A DNA stretch of 64,000 bases from contig OZ316892.1 of NCBI GenBank assembly GCA_973895155.1, positions 6,376,847 to 6,440,846 on the forward strand, given 5' to 3'. The position numbers were made by a program, and so were the translations under genes. Source of the stretch: Marsupella aquatica. Lineage: Eukaryota; Plantae; Marchantiophyta. This document shows, in pieces, positions 13,001 to 24,923 of the stretch; position 1 is the first letter of the stretch; every line of letters starts with the position of its first letter. The notes beneath the pieces were generated by a model. The model was not told the DNA's origin and did not search any database. It worked only from the letters and a program-made list of their open reading frames with translations.

Positions 13001-13792
13001 TCACAAGTCACAGTGTAGCATCTAATGATGCCTTCAGTCTTTTCGTTGGCCAAGACATGTATCAACAGTCATCTGTCTTGTTGATGGGGATGAAGATTAG
13101 CTTCACGAAGAAACCACCAATTCCCATCACCAGAAGGGTCAATATCTATCAGCGAAGAAGAGTAATCGATCCAATTTGCTCTCGACGTGGCAACATGCAT
13201 AGTTGGTTTGTTCCAAGAGGACAGATATGGAGGATAGTGTTATGTTGAGAATCCAGTCATACAAGAACTCGCAGCACAGACCTTCCTGGGGTCAGCAGGG
13301 TCATGCTTGTTCAGGCCTGCTAACCAGATACCGGCGATGCCAGCATCACATACAGTCGCAGCGAAGACAATTCCGAGACTGGGATCTGCGGAGAAATCGA
13401 TTGCATCCCAACAGATAGTGAGCGTGGATTGAACGAAGGGATAGGTTTGGGATTCATCGAATTTCTTTTTTGCCTTCAACGATCTTTTTGAATTACATTC
13501 ACAAAGACAGCATACAATTTCATCCAAATTTTGACGTGCCGAACGTAGTGTAACACTGTAACGGACTAGACGGACCTCCCATACTCTGTCCGAGTGTATG
13601 GATGGGCCGTGTCAAAACTACTCCCAATGACCACCACGGGCCCCCCACGGATCTTTCCGTCGATCTCTTGGACGGGCATAGACCTCCCGTCGTCGGAGGA
13701 CTGTTTCCCACTACAGGAGTGTTTCTTACTAGCTATCCCCCAAAGTGTCGAAATTACTAATCTGCTTTCAAAACTAATTTAATTATCAGTTG

Positions 13793-14093
13793 CCCCGATT
13801 TTTTGTATGGATTTACTACTTAACCTGAGTGTATTAGCCTGGCATTACATTCTATTGACTCGAGTACACACGGAGGCTTGCAATTTGTCTTTGCTAGTCC
13901 ACCCCAACCATACTTCCAACCTAGACCAGGTTCCACAATCTGACGCCCCCCATTTTTTGTATGGATTTACTTAACCTGACTATATTAGCCTGGGACTACT
14001 ACTGACTCGAGGACACACTAAGGCTTGCAATTTGTCTTTGCTAGTCCCACCCAACCTTACTTCCAACCTAGACCAGCTTCCACAATCTGACGC
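13793..14093. repeat. Tandem duplication, 2 x ~150 bp
   Basis: ATTTTTTGTATGGATTTACT...AGGCTTGCAATTTGTCTTTGCTAGTCCCACCC...TACTTCCAACCTAGACCAG...TTCCACAATCTGACGC occurs twice head-to-tail. Confidence 0.92.
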
Positions 14094-14205
14094 TCACCGG
14101 AACCTGGGTGTTGACTATTGTCTATGAGCATGGGTGTCAACTAGCCATTTTTTTCTTGTTTTTTAACATTAGCCAAGGTGGTTACTATTTTATCCTACAG
14201 ACAAG

Positions 14206-14287
14206 CACAGGTCTGGTTATGGAATATTTCTTGGCTAACACGCCCCCACAGGTCTGGTTATGGAGTATTTCTTGGCTAACATGCCCC
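14206..14287. repeat. Tandem repeat, 2 x 41 bp
   Basis: CACAGGTCTGGTTATGGARTATTTCTTGGCTAACAYGCCCC twice. Confidence 0.9.
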
Positions 14288-15536
14288 CATAGTGAGTTAG
14301 GTGGTGGTTAATTAAACAGATTTTTTAATTTCAGTCTGAGTAGCATTAGCCTGCTTGTTTTTTAAGGTAAGTGATGGGCCAACTTTTGCCCACAAAAGAA
14401 TGGCTGGTGTCAACTTTTGTCCCTCTCACTTCCCATACTTTTAGGATCTGAGAGGGTCAGCTTGAACAAATTATGAGCTTGTCTGAGTCCCCAGACCAGT
14501 TAGGCTGTCTGGGTTAATCTAACCTGGTTAGACCAGCCCATTTACAAAATGGACACAAGTTAATAATTTTGATTTTGATTTTGGGGACAAGAATGTAATA
14601 CACGGTTTTTTTAGTATTGATAGGCCCTAAAGAACTGTAGAGCGCTCTCTCTCCCCATTAAACCTCAATCTCAGTCTGTTCTTTGCTCCATTCGCTCTCT
14701 TCTCTGGAGGTCTTTTTCCTCGAGACCTCTCGTTTCTCTTCTCACTCGTTGAATAGTAGTGCTTTACTGCACGACTTTGACAATTGCTTCTGCAATTCCG
14801 TGACAGCTCGATTCGGTGTGCGATGGTCTGAGAACCCTGTAGTTTGATTTGCCTCTCTGCAAATCGTCCAAATTTCTCCTCCCCTCGATTCCGTGTGGGG
14901 AGGGTCTGAGAACTCTTAGTGTCTCTGCAAGTACTTCAAATCTCTCCTTCTCCGCCTCCCTTTCCCGGCGGCGAGGGCCTGGGAATTGCCGTGGAAACTC
15001 AATTCCCAGAGGATTGCTGCTTACTTCAGAGCTTGATCGAGGGAGACGTGGCTACGTCTCGAATGAAGATTTTTTGAACAATCGATGCAAAGTGATTAGT
15101 ATTGTGTTTTGTGATTTGAGAGTTGGTCCGACAGAATTGGGAATCTGCCAAGTTTGGAATCGGAGGAAGATGAAATCTCTGTACCGGGACAACTGTTGAA
15201 AGCAGAAGGAGATCGTTCGTCGTCCTGATCGTTGTCCTACACAGCGGAGGAGACAGCTTTGGACTGGGAGGACGCGAAAGAGTTCAGGCAGTGATTCATC
15301 CATCCATCAGAGCATGGGGTATGGCAGTTCCGACAGAATTGAACAGCAGAGGAATTGGTGGACGGGCAGTAGGGATAGAGATCTGGAATGACGAGGCGGA
15401 GCTCGTGTGCTTTATGTCAAGAGCAGCTGTGACATCGGCAGGTTGCTTGTGTGCCTTCTGCGCTTTTGCTGACCGGAAGCGTCAGGAATTGCTAGGGTCT
15501 CCTGTTCTGCTTGCTGCCCTGGTCAGCAGCTCGCGG

Positions 15537-18365
15537 ATGGAGAAGTTCATTCCCCCGCCGCTTAGGTCGTCGTCAGCACCCGGTGTAGTTCTCAGAGAGT
15601 TCGGCGGGTTGGAGAAGAAAACACCGAATGCAGCAGTGGAGGCGCGAATTAGTGACCTGTCTCTCCGCTCTCTGAAGGAGGATACTTCTACTTCTGGCTC
15701 AACCCGAGAACGTTGGCCGACACTGTCAGGTATGTGCAGTCTCTGCTTTGGGTCGGAAGTTATATTCAAGCGTTAGTTGGCTTCTGTTGTGCGCGAATGC
15801 ATGGTTCAGCTTCCTGTCGCTTAATTATGCTGTTTTAGTTCATTTTTACTTATAAACAAATTACCCTAACACCAGTGGCAATGGAAGAATAATCCCAAAG
15901 GTCTTCGGATTTATAGTTGGGCAGAATACACCATTCAAAGAATGAGGCATCATTGCTTCGTCTTTGGACAGTTGCTATGTCCTTAGAGTATTTAGTCGTC
16001 AATTTGGGGTTGGAAATTTTATTCTTGTGATCACTATAGAGAACGAATGAATGGGTTTGAGATCCCCAGGGGAAGCAAACTACAGGACCAATTGAGCAGA
16101 GTGGGTAGCCAATCTTTTACTTAGCTTTGTTTGTTGATGTGCATAACTTTTGGAATTTGTTTACCCATTTTTGGTTCTGGATCCGTGGACTTCAAAATCA
16201 ATTCCGAATCTAACTGTGCCTTCGAAGACAAGTTCACAGACATTAGTCCTCACGTAGCTTTCACCTATGCACTAGCTTTTGAATAAAAGTTGATTAGAAG
16301 TGTTGTCGATAACGCATGATGCAGTCAAGTTTTGGAGTGTGAGCTTATTGCATTGTTGGAAAAAGTAATATCGTCTGAGACAGTCATGATTGTGACAGTT
16401 TTCTCTCTTTAAGCTGGTGGCTCCCTTGTACGTCTCAGGGGATGGTAGAAGGGCCCAACTTAGGCCCAGAAGTCTGGTGAGCTTGTGTATTGGAAATTTG
16501 GGCAGTCACTTAGAGGATATCCATGATGAAGTTCATCTGTTTGCACCTGTGTGCCCTGCTCCAGTTAAGGTACGGTTTCCAGCTGATTTCATAATTGGAT
16601 AAAGTTAAGGAGTGCATGCTGACGTAGTCCTGCGAAAATTTAGAAACGTTCAAAGTTTTTCCTCGAGATTAACCAATAAACTCAACGGCGGTGCTGGGTT
16701 TGGGTTGATTTTTGAAGGCTTCGCTGCTTGCAATTGCACGACGGAGGGGTTTGCTATCGGACCACTTGCTGGTTGCTCTGGCCGATGAGAGCTGGGAGCG
16801 GTTAGATGTGTCAGGATCCGACGTGACGGATGCCAGTATGCAAAGAGTTGCTGAGTTGTGTCCCCGGTTGCAAGCAGTTGACATAAGGTAAAGCTTCAAG
16901 AAAGATTACAGAACATTACAACTTGTGTTATTCATGAGCGGATGGTTGGCTTTCATGCTGTTGGTGAGTTGACTACGTATGCTATTTAAAGAATGTCAAA
17001 GTCAAAGTGATGCTCATTATGAATGATAATTTTTTTCTCTTCATTGTATAACAGTAATCCTGTTGGTCAGGCTGTTGACGTGATCTGGTGGTTGGCAGTC
17101 GATGTAGCCGAATGAATGATAATTTTTTTCTCTTCATTGTATAACAGTAATCCTGTTGGTCAGGCTGTTGACGTGATCTGGTGATTGGCAGTCGATGTAG
17201 CCGACTAACACCACTAGCTGTACGTAGTCTGGTTCAACATTGCCCAGCTATACACACTCTTCGATGGGGGTATGTATCATTTATTTTCTGTGGAGATTTA
17301 CAAGGCAAATAGGCAGTCATTTTCTTTCTCGTTTCTCTTACTCTTGTATTGTACTAGCAGATAAATCATAGAGCACAAGTTAGTAGCTTTGTAATTTTCA
17401 ACGTAGTTAGTGAGAACTGTTCAAATCACTTCATTTAGTCGTAGGTGGTCATAGCTCAATATTATTGTAGCTGGCGAACCTAAAGTGGTTGCATGGACTG
17501 CACATACCAAGCTGAATTTGAAGATTTGGACTCTGGCCTTTGTTTCTTTTCTTTTCTTTTCTTTCCTTTTGTCTTTCCTTTCGTGAAACTCCTTTTCCAT
17601 TGATGTAGGGGAACATCAATGAGCAATGCAACCGCCCGGTCGGCATTAGGCTACATCCTTCCTAAATTGAATTTAAATGATGAAGCTGAAGATAGTTGGG
17701 AGGAACTTGATACCAAGCGTGTTGGCAAGGGTGTTCAGGCTCTGCGATGGCTTGTTTGGGTAAGAACGTTTCTCTCTGTCTCATAGATTCCAAGTTTGAT
17801 TTTAGTTATGTAATTCAATTAGGTCAACCTAGCATTACATTCGGACAAATCGTCAGGGAAATTTTCAACGGGTTCTGGGAACACTTCTCGTGATCGTCGA
17901 TGCCTAAATGAATTTCAAATTGTCAACTCTTGTTTCATGCAGCCATCCATTGACAGCAAATCGAGTGAGCGCTTGGAGATGGAATGTCCTCGTGTGGTGG
18001 TTAATCCGAAGCCCTTCTCCAAAGGTTTTCAACTCCTGTCTGTACCTTGGGAAGCACGACCAGGAACTGTATTGGATGCTTCAGCACTAGAGGGTATTGA
18101 TCCCCAGACCTGGGCTGTCATAGCTTCCATGCCAAGGACACCCTCACCAAGTGTTTCCAACCACGATACTCCAGAGCTCTCTGTGGCAGAGCGGTTTAAG
18201 CTTGCCTTTGTTGCTAGAGATGAGCGACTTGCTCCAAAGCGGGCCAAAAACATGAGGCAAAACCAGCGTCGCTTAGAAAAAGCTTGGCTTAATTCAGACA
18301 CCGAAGCGAAGTCCAGAGCTTGGGCAGGAATTGCTAGAAAGTCATTGAAAGGGTTAGATGGATAG
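15537..18365 (+). CDS. RNI-like/LRR protein (resembles Arabidopsis At4g26980), ~381 aa; exons 15537-15729, 16439-16569, 16718-16887, 17192-17269, 17609-17759, 17943-18365
   Basis: Phase-consistent GT-AG introns join PRSLVSLCIGNLGSHLEDI, LLAIARRRGLLSDHLLVALADESWERLDVSGSDVTD, SRCSRLTPLAVRSLVQHCPAIHTLRWGG, EDSWEELD..QALRWLVW|PSID..ECPRVVVNPKP and ELSVAERFKLAFVARDERLAPKRAKN, which match this conserved plant family as I recall it. The start codon is uncertain because upstream in-frame ATGs exist. Confidence 0.85.
17019..17204 (+). repeat. Near-perfect 93-bp tandem duplication spanning the exon-4 splice acceptor
   Basis: 17019-17111 and 17112-17204 differ at one base. Each ends ...GGCAG|TCGATGTAGCCGA. 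Confidence 0.95.
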
Positions 18366-19351
18366 GTTAGCAAGCTGTCACCAATAGCAAGAATCTGTTG
18401 GAGGAAGGCAACCTCTCGTTTAGTATAGGGTGCCTAGATACCTAGGACCTCTGATGGATCTGAGAAAGTGGTGTCTTCCTATCGGTTTATGAAAGCTGAA
18501 TTAGAAACAGATTCTGTTGGAGGGTCTTCATGCCAAACATGCCAAATTTGGCATTAGGCGTTCATGTCCATGATGTAATCTAGCTTGGTAGATGCCTTTC
18601 AGAAGCTACTCTGAGTGGTGAGCTGATCTCTATGGGTTCTTTGTCATGTTTCCTTGAATTCTTACTTTGAAAGACTCATTTGTTTTACACGGCAAGGCAC
18701 AGTTCTATTCACACTTGTTTGTTTCCCATATGGTTGTCATCCTTCGCACTTGGGAAGGAGCACTTAACCACAAATTTCCTCCAGGGGGGAATAATGGATT
18801 TTTGTATGAGTAGCGTGGTGCTTGACTCTCCATCCCTTCCTACTCTGCCTGGCAAGATGTGGATTGGGCAAAGTTCAGAAGGGAAACTATTCAAACCTAG
18901 ATTCCAAGCTCACCAGAAAAGCCTGGGTTTTCAACCTAGCCACCCTCAAAACAAAACATCAAAAGTAATGTAAAAGAGTTAAATGAGTGACAGTAAGACA
19001 CTGTGTTTTGTCGCATTCCTTGCTAAAAATGTGGTGTGAATAATTTATCCACCAGGCTCGGAATCCACAAATGGTCCTCCCTTGAAGTCAACCAGTGAGT
19101 AACACCAACGGACATGTGAAATAAGTTCACAGATCGAACCCATCACGTATGGACAACCACAACACAATCTTGGAAACCACAAAAAGGCATTTATTTTTAA
19201 CCAACCATGTACAGTAGGTAACTCATTTCCAAATATGTACATTATAATCACACAATTGTGGAGAAAACAATTTCCCAGGGCATCCAACGTACGTTGTTCA
19301 AAATGTCCTGATGGACTTTGCAACCTGTGATGAACATTGCGACCTAGATGG

Positions 19352-19471
19352 AATCTAAGCAAACGTGTAACTCTGCTCTAGTACAAATGTTTATAATTTG
19401 TTGTATCTTTTAATCTAAGCAAACATGTATTTCTGCTCTAGTAAATTGTTTATAATTTTGTAGTATCTTTT
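19352..19471. repeat. Tandem repeat, 2 x 60 bp
   Basis: AATCTAAGCAAACRTGTA..TCTGCTCTAGTA..TGTTTATAATTT..GTATCTTT twice. Confidence 0.85.
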
Positions 19472-20878
19472 ATCTACACATTCATACATTATTGTCTGGG
19501 TAATTCCATCTGAGTTCCACTGGACACCCTTAGATTCCATCGGAACATCTTTCCAATTTTGAATGAATAAGTATAGAGAATCTGACTACAATTTTAGCAA
19601 TGAGGAAAGTCCTTACTATATGAGCCAAAAAGAGGTTTGTTGCAGTCCATCTGGGTAGCAAAAATCTATCCAAGCCTTTTGGCAAATAGGAAGGTCCATC
19701 CGGGCTGGGCTTCAAGTTCTAAGAAACGTGGCTTCAATTTCTACTAAAGTCACTCACCACTATATATTACACTGCCAAACTTAAGGGTAAAAAACACCCA
19801 ACAGGGCGACATGATCCCAATGGCAAAGGAGCTCAATGAAGGGGGGGAGGGAGGGGAAGGAGGGGAAAGGGCCCCAAGGAGACCAAAGGATCCAAAAAGC
19901 CAAGGGGTCCCCAACAAAAGCCAACAAAGGAACAAAGACACAAATAAGTATAATACAAAGAAGCCAAGAAGACCGGTGAGTGGAGTACTGAAATGCCTGA
20001 ACGAGCTCTGGAGTAAACCACATAGGAGGGTCACCAAGTGGGATCTGCTGAGAGGCCAAATGCCTCTGCCCTACAAAGGAGCTGACCCGCTGAAGGGCGA
20101 TAGACACCCGCCGCCAAAAGAAGGCGGCGAGGGCAGATACTGGGGAAAAGGCCCCCTCTCAATACAGAAGACTGCACAGGCCCCAATGAACTGGTCGGAC
20201 GTAGGGTGGAGAGCACCAAAACCCTCCAGAGCAAATGGGTAGAAAAGATCCATTGGGTAACAAATTGCATAGGCCTCCTCCTTGAGTCGGGCTGCAACTG
20301 CGACTCTCTCTTGTAGGATTGGCAGCAATGACATCCCCTAGAGCACGAACCCTAACCCTAGAAAAGACCAGATCATCCCACCATTGGTCAAGAAGACCAT
20401 TGCCGGGGGAAGCACATGTGGTTGCTCCATAGTGACATGGTAACCAGAGTCCTCAAAAATGACAGCCATCACGTCACGAATGTCATCATATGTGTGACAA
20501 TATTCTCATTCCCAAGGCCACACCTAAGGATATGAACTCCAAATCCAACTATGTCCCATAGACACATGGGTTGACCAACAAGGCAAGGGTGATGAAGTCC
20601 CAAATGAAATAGTAATGAAGTGATAATTAAAAAGAAAGGAGCTCATTGGAAAGGGCACCCAGGACCCACAAAGGACTACTTATTTAGTTAGGAACTTAAT
20701 AAAAAATCACAAAATTATGGATGTTCTACCTATGCTACAATAGTTGAAAGCATCTCGTTGCCAAAAGTCTCTAATAATGATACGTAGTAAAGCAGTTGGA
20801 GAATAAACGAGCAGGGATCCAGCTGGACTTTCCTTTTCCGACAAACCTTCGTGCTAGTTGTGGACGGCCGTAGCCCAA

Positions 20879-21227
20879 TCCCGACGGCAGGTCCGCAACT
20901 CATAAGTCCGTCCGTCCGTCATTTTGTCCGTCCGTCATTCCGCCCGTCCGTCAGGCCGTCCGTCATGGTTCCCGTCTTCCCCGACGGCATGTACGCAACT
21001 CATCAGCCCATCCGTCCGTCATTGGTCCCGTATTCCCCGACGGCAGAGAGGCAACTCATCCGTCAGTCCGTCCGTCAGTCAGTCCGTCCTTCCGTCCGTC
21101 CGTCCTTCCGTCCGTCCGTCATGGGTCTCGTATAGCCTTCATGAGAGACGACAGACACACAACAAAAATGAAGGTCTTGGCAGAAAGACCATCGTAGTTT
21201 GGACGGGACGGAACGGAACGGAGGACG
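20879..21227. repeat. (CCGT)n-rich minisatellite of three ~78-bp modules plus an inverted (ACGG)-rich tract, upstream of the syntaxin gene
   Basis: Module CCCGACGGCA-N5-GCAACTCAT..(CCGT)n starts near 20880, 20960 and 21036. GGACGGGACGGAACGGAACGG lies at ~21201-21221. Confidence 0.8.
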
Positions 21228-21874
21228 AGAAAGTGCTGTATGCAATTCAACGGAGGAGAGGCAGACGAGAGTAGCGCAAGTAAGAGAGAGGAGAGGAGAT
21301 TAGAGGAGAGGAGAAATTAGAGTGAGATTGAAATCTCATCGATTGTAGTTCGTAGGCTCTTTCTTTGGTCCTCTCTGGATTATTATTTGTCAGTTGGCAC
21401 CTTCCTCTGTGAAGTGTGGTTTGGTCGTTTTTAGAGGACGGACCGACGAATGAATAAAAACGAACGAGGAGAGGAGAGGAGTGGACAACATGCTGCTAAA
21501 GAGCTCGTCGGGGAAGAGAGATCGAGGAAGGAAGTGATTGATTGCGGTGCAGCTGTTGTTTGTTGGTATTATGATCGATCGGTGTTGATTCATTGATTGC
21601 TTTACTTGACTCCGTCGTCGTCGACATATGTGCAATCTCTCCTCGCCTCGGCGGTGATAGAGGAGAGGAAAGGAGGGGAAGGGAGGAGGGGAGCCGGGGA
21701 GAGGAGGCGTTTTGGAGGAAAGTTTGTGCCTCAGGAAGGTGGTCGTACGAGTAGTGTGGTTGGATCTTGAAGGAAGGAAGGAAGGAAGGAAGGAAGAAAG
21801 AGCAGAGAGGGAGGAATAGCTTTGCGGGAGGGCGGGAGATAGAGAGGCAGGGAGGGAGAGAGAAGGGGGCGACG

Positions 21875-24800
21875 ATGCCGGTGGCGGTGGGATATGCGAC
21901 GTCGTCGTACAGAGATAGGACTTCTGAGCTTCATTCGATAGCGGACAGTTTGCGCAGATCACAAGCGTTTTCGCAGGGCGCTTCATCGTCGGCAGCAGCA
22001 GCTCCCAATGGATCTTCCTCTTCGTTTTCTCTTAATATCGATGGATCCTCTTCCTCAGCCAGCGGCAGGATGTCGCAGCAGCAACCAGGTTCAGTCGGAT
22101 CGGTGCAGTCAGAGTTCAATAAACGAGCGTCCAGAATCGGCCTCAGCATCCACCAAACCTCACAGAAACTCTCAAAGCTCACAAAGCGTAAGTCGTCTCT
22201 AGGACACCAGGCATTGTCCGTTCTTCCTCACCCCCACTATGGTTAGTCACAGTTGTGAAAGATATCCGCTGTGGGTGCAATCTTTGATCTTGTCGAGGGC
22301 GAGGACAGGAAAGCTGTCTAATATTGCAGCGCCAGTTTTAGCAGGCCGATGGTTCAAAGAGGGAATCAGAACTTGCGTGCAATTAGTTATTTGTGGGTTT
22401 CTCTTCTCTTCTCGACATGACATTTGCAGATGACCTAGTGAGTTTACAATCGAGTCTCTGGGATCGCTTTTGTCTAGTGATCTGGAGAATCTTTAACCCT
22501 AGCCTTGACTTCTCGTTATTGATGGTTTTGCAATTGCAGTGGCCAAACGGACTTCAATGTTCGACGACCCTGCGGCAGAGATTCAAGATCTCACTGCTGT
22601 CATTAAGCAGGATATCACCGCCCTAAATGCGGCTATTTCAGATTTACAGGTTCTCTGCGACTCAAGAAACGAAGGGGCAAACAGAACCAAGCACAGTAGT
22701 GAACACTCTACTACCGTTGTTGATAATCTGAAAAGTCGCCTTATGAATACCACAAAGGAATTCAAGGATGTTCTCACATTGCGAACAGAGGTCAGTTAGC
22801 TCGGAATCCGCCCTCTTACGCAAGAGATGAAGGCATTCCTCAAGAATGCCGTTTATCGCAAGCAGTCCTCTTGCATTACCGTTGACGTAACTGGAAATAA
22901 ATTGCATAGTTCGACCAGTGCTGTCAGAGGTTTGAAACGAATGAGAAAAGTGCGGAGCTTGGTGCTAATCACCAACTTGCAGATTGTTTATTTTTGTTGT
23001 TGAAAGTTTTGTGTGAGGTGGAATCAAATTCTCAGATTGTTTCCAGGCTTTTGACGTTCTAGTGATTTCTTTTCACAGAGTCTAAAGGTTCACGAGAACA
23101 GGAGACAACTTTTCACTGCTACCCCGCCGAAGGAAACCAATGCTTTTGCCAGGCAGCGTCCACTTAATCCTCTTGCTGCAAGCAATGGAAATGCAACCAG
23201 CAGCAGTAGCAGTGCCAGTAGCGGCCCAAGTACAAGCTCGAATGCTACTAATCATCCTTGGGCAAACGGAGCGAGTGCAAACACTCAACTCTTCTCATCG
23301 AGGTGATTCTTCGTTTCATCGCTTAAACCCGCCTTTGACGTCATTCAGGCTTATGTTTTCAGGAGACTGGAATAAGAGAGAGATAGACCTCTCTGTCTTT
23401 TATTTGAAGGTTATGGACCTACTTGCTGATCCTTATTAATACCTGTCAACTTCTTTAAAGAACGCTGGATCAAGGTGTCTGGTGTTTCCTTAGGCATATC
23501 GTTTTTGTTGTCCCTGTCTTGTGCTGAGATATTCCTGAAAAGGATAGTCGTCCTGTGTGAATGTGAGTGATGGTTTGCTGGATGTCTGGGGTTTTGAAGT
23601 ACCTGTCTTCGTAAACGGGGGGAAGTCTTTGAGTTGATTACAAAGAGACATGATTGGGGGCTACTTATTAATTCAATTTCCATAGGTTTTTTGTAAACCT
23701 TTCCTGCTGGTGAATTGCCGCGCTGCAGAGATCTAAATGTTGGTATGTTGGGTGGCACCCAGTTGAGGTCTGTCCTTGTGTTTTCCTGGGAATCTGTCCT
23801 TGTGTTTTGGGTCGGTGTTGTACCATTCTCACTAGTTGAAAGTAAGCGATTTTTGAAGTTGTTGATGGACAGAAGTCTAGTGTCCCGAAGGTGTTTATCA
23901 TCAGTTGTTATTTGCAGTGAGTTTATAAATGAATTTCCTCGTTACCCTGAAATGAACGTGTCTGCATTGAAGCCATTTAATCATACTTGCTCTGAAAATC
24001 ATCGGGTCCACAACCTACTACTGTTTATATTGATGGATTAGATCCAGTTGGAATGTCTTGAAACGATAAGCGAGTTCTGTTGGAAGGAGACATGTTGCCA
24101 AATTTAGGAAAACACGTACATGTCCAGCATTAGTAACATTTCTAATGAAGAATTTGTCCAGATTATTTGCGAGTGGTTCTTTATACATTCAAGTGTCAAT
24201 CTGAGATTGCACCATAAGCCTGCAGGGATTCTGTTTTGCCGTATGATACAGAACTCATGAACCTGCTTTGGTCTACAGACGGCGGCTTAATGCTGATGGA
24301 TTAGCAAATCCTGGCTCCCAACAAGGGCAAATGCAACAGCAGCAGCAGCTGGCGCTACCTGTACAAGACAGCTATATGCAAAGCAGAGCAGATGCTCTTC
24401 AAAGTGTAGAGTCTACTATTGTAGAGCTTAGCAACATTTTCACGCAATTGGCTACAATGGTTGCTCAGCAAGGAGAGCTGGCTATAAGGTGAATTTCTTT
24501 TCCCTTTTCCTTTCAAAGAATTTGTCTCTGTGCAGTAGCTCGAAAGTTCAAAGATTTGACTTGTACAGATGTGAAGTTGTCCTGGTCCATAAATAGGATA
24601 CATGATTCTAGCTTCAGTTGAATGATTATTTTGTATAGTGGTTCCACACACTAGGGGTTTCTGGACGTTTCATGCCCTTGACTGTACTTGTATGTTATGT
24701 TTTCTTGCCCTTAGTATGGAGGTGCTAAATCGGCTTGTCTTAATTTTTTGCGGTTACCCGCAGAATTGATGAGAACATGGATGATACACTTGCAAATGTG

Positions 24801-24923
24801 GAGGGAGCGCAAGGAGCTTTGCTGAAATATTTGAACCGAATATCATCCAACCGCTGGCTGATTATCAAAATATTCTTTGTTTTGGTGATTTTCCTGTTAA
24901 TTTTTGTCGTCTTTGTAGCTTGA
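21875..24923 (+). CDS. SYP32: Syntaxin-5/SYP3-type Golgi Qa-SNARE, ~385 aa; exons 21875-22187, 22540-22790, 23079-23302, 24279-24488, 24764-24923
   Basis: N-terminal YRDRTSEL motif, SEFNKRASRIG..LAKRTSMFDDP..IKQDI, SNARE motif SRADALQSVESTIVELSNIFTQLATMVAQQGELAIRIDENMDD and C-terminal TM SSNRWLIIKIFFVLVIFLLIFVVFVA. All introns are GT-AG and phase-consistent. SYP31 versus SYP32 orthology is not strictly resolvable. Confidence 0.93.

Noticed and set aside
12000-13530. Cluster of 60-100-aa ORFs following a CT-rich tract
   Set aside because: No recognisable domain or consistent exon chain; it could be a lncRNA or decayed element but cannot be supported.
19750-20700. Purine-skewed region with a 143-aa ORF
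   Set aside because: Probably a decayed repeat, but no diagnostic motif or termini were found.
20879-21120. Three repeated heads with intervening sequence, and ORFs rich in VRPS/SVRP
   Set aside because: The spacers are CCGT microsatellite, and the ORFs are translation artefacts of the simple repeat.
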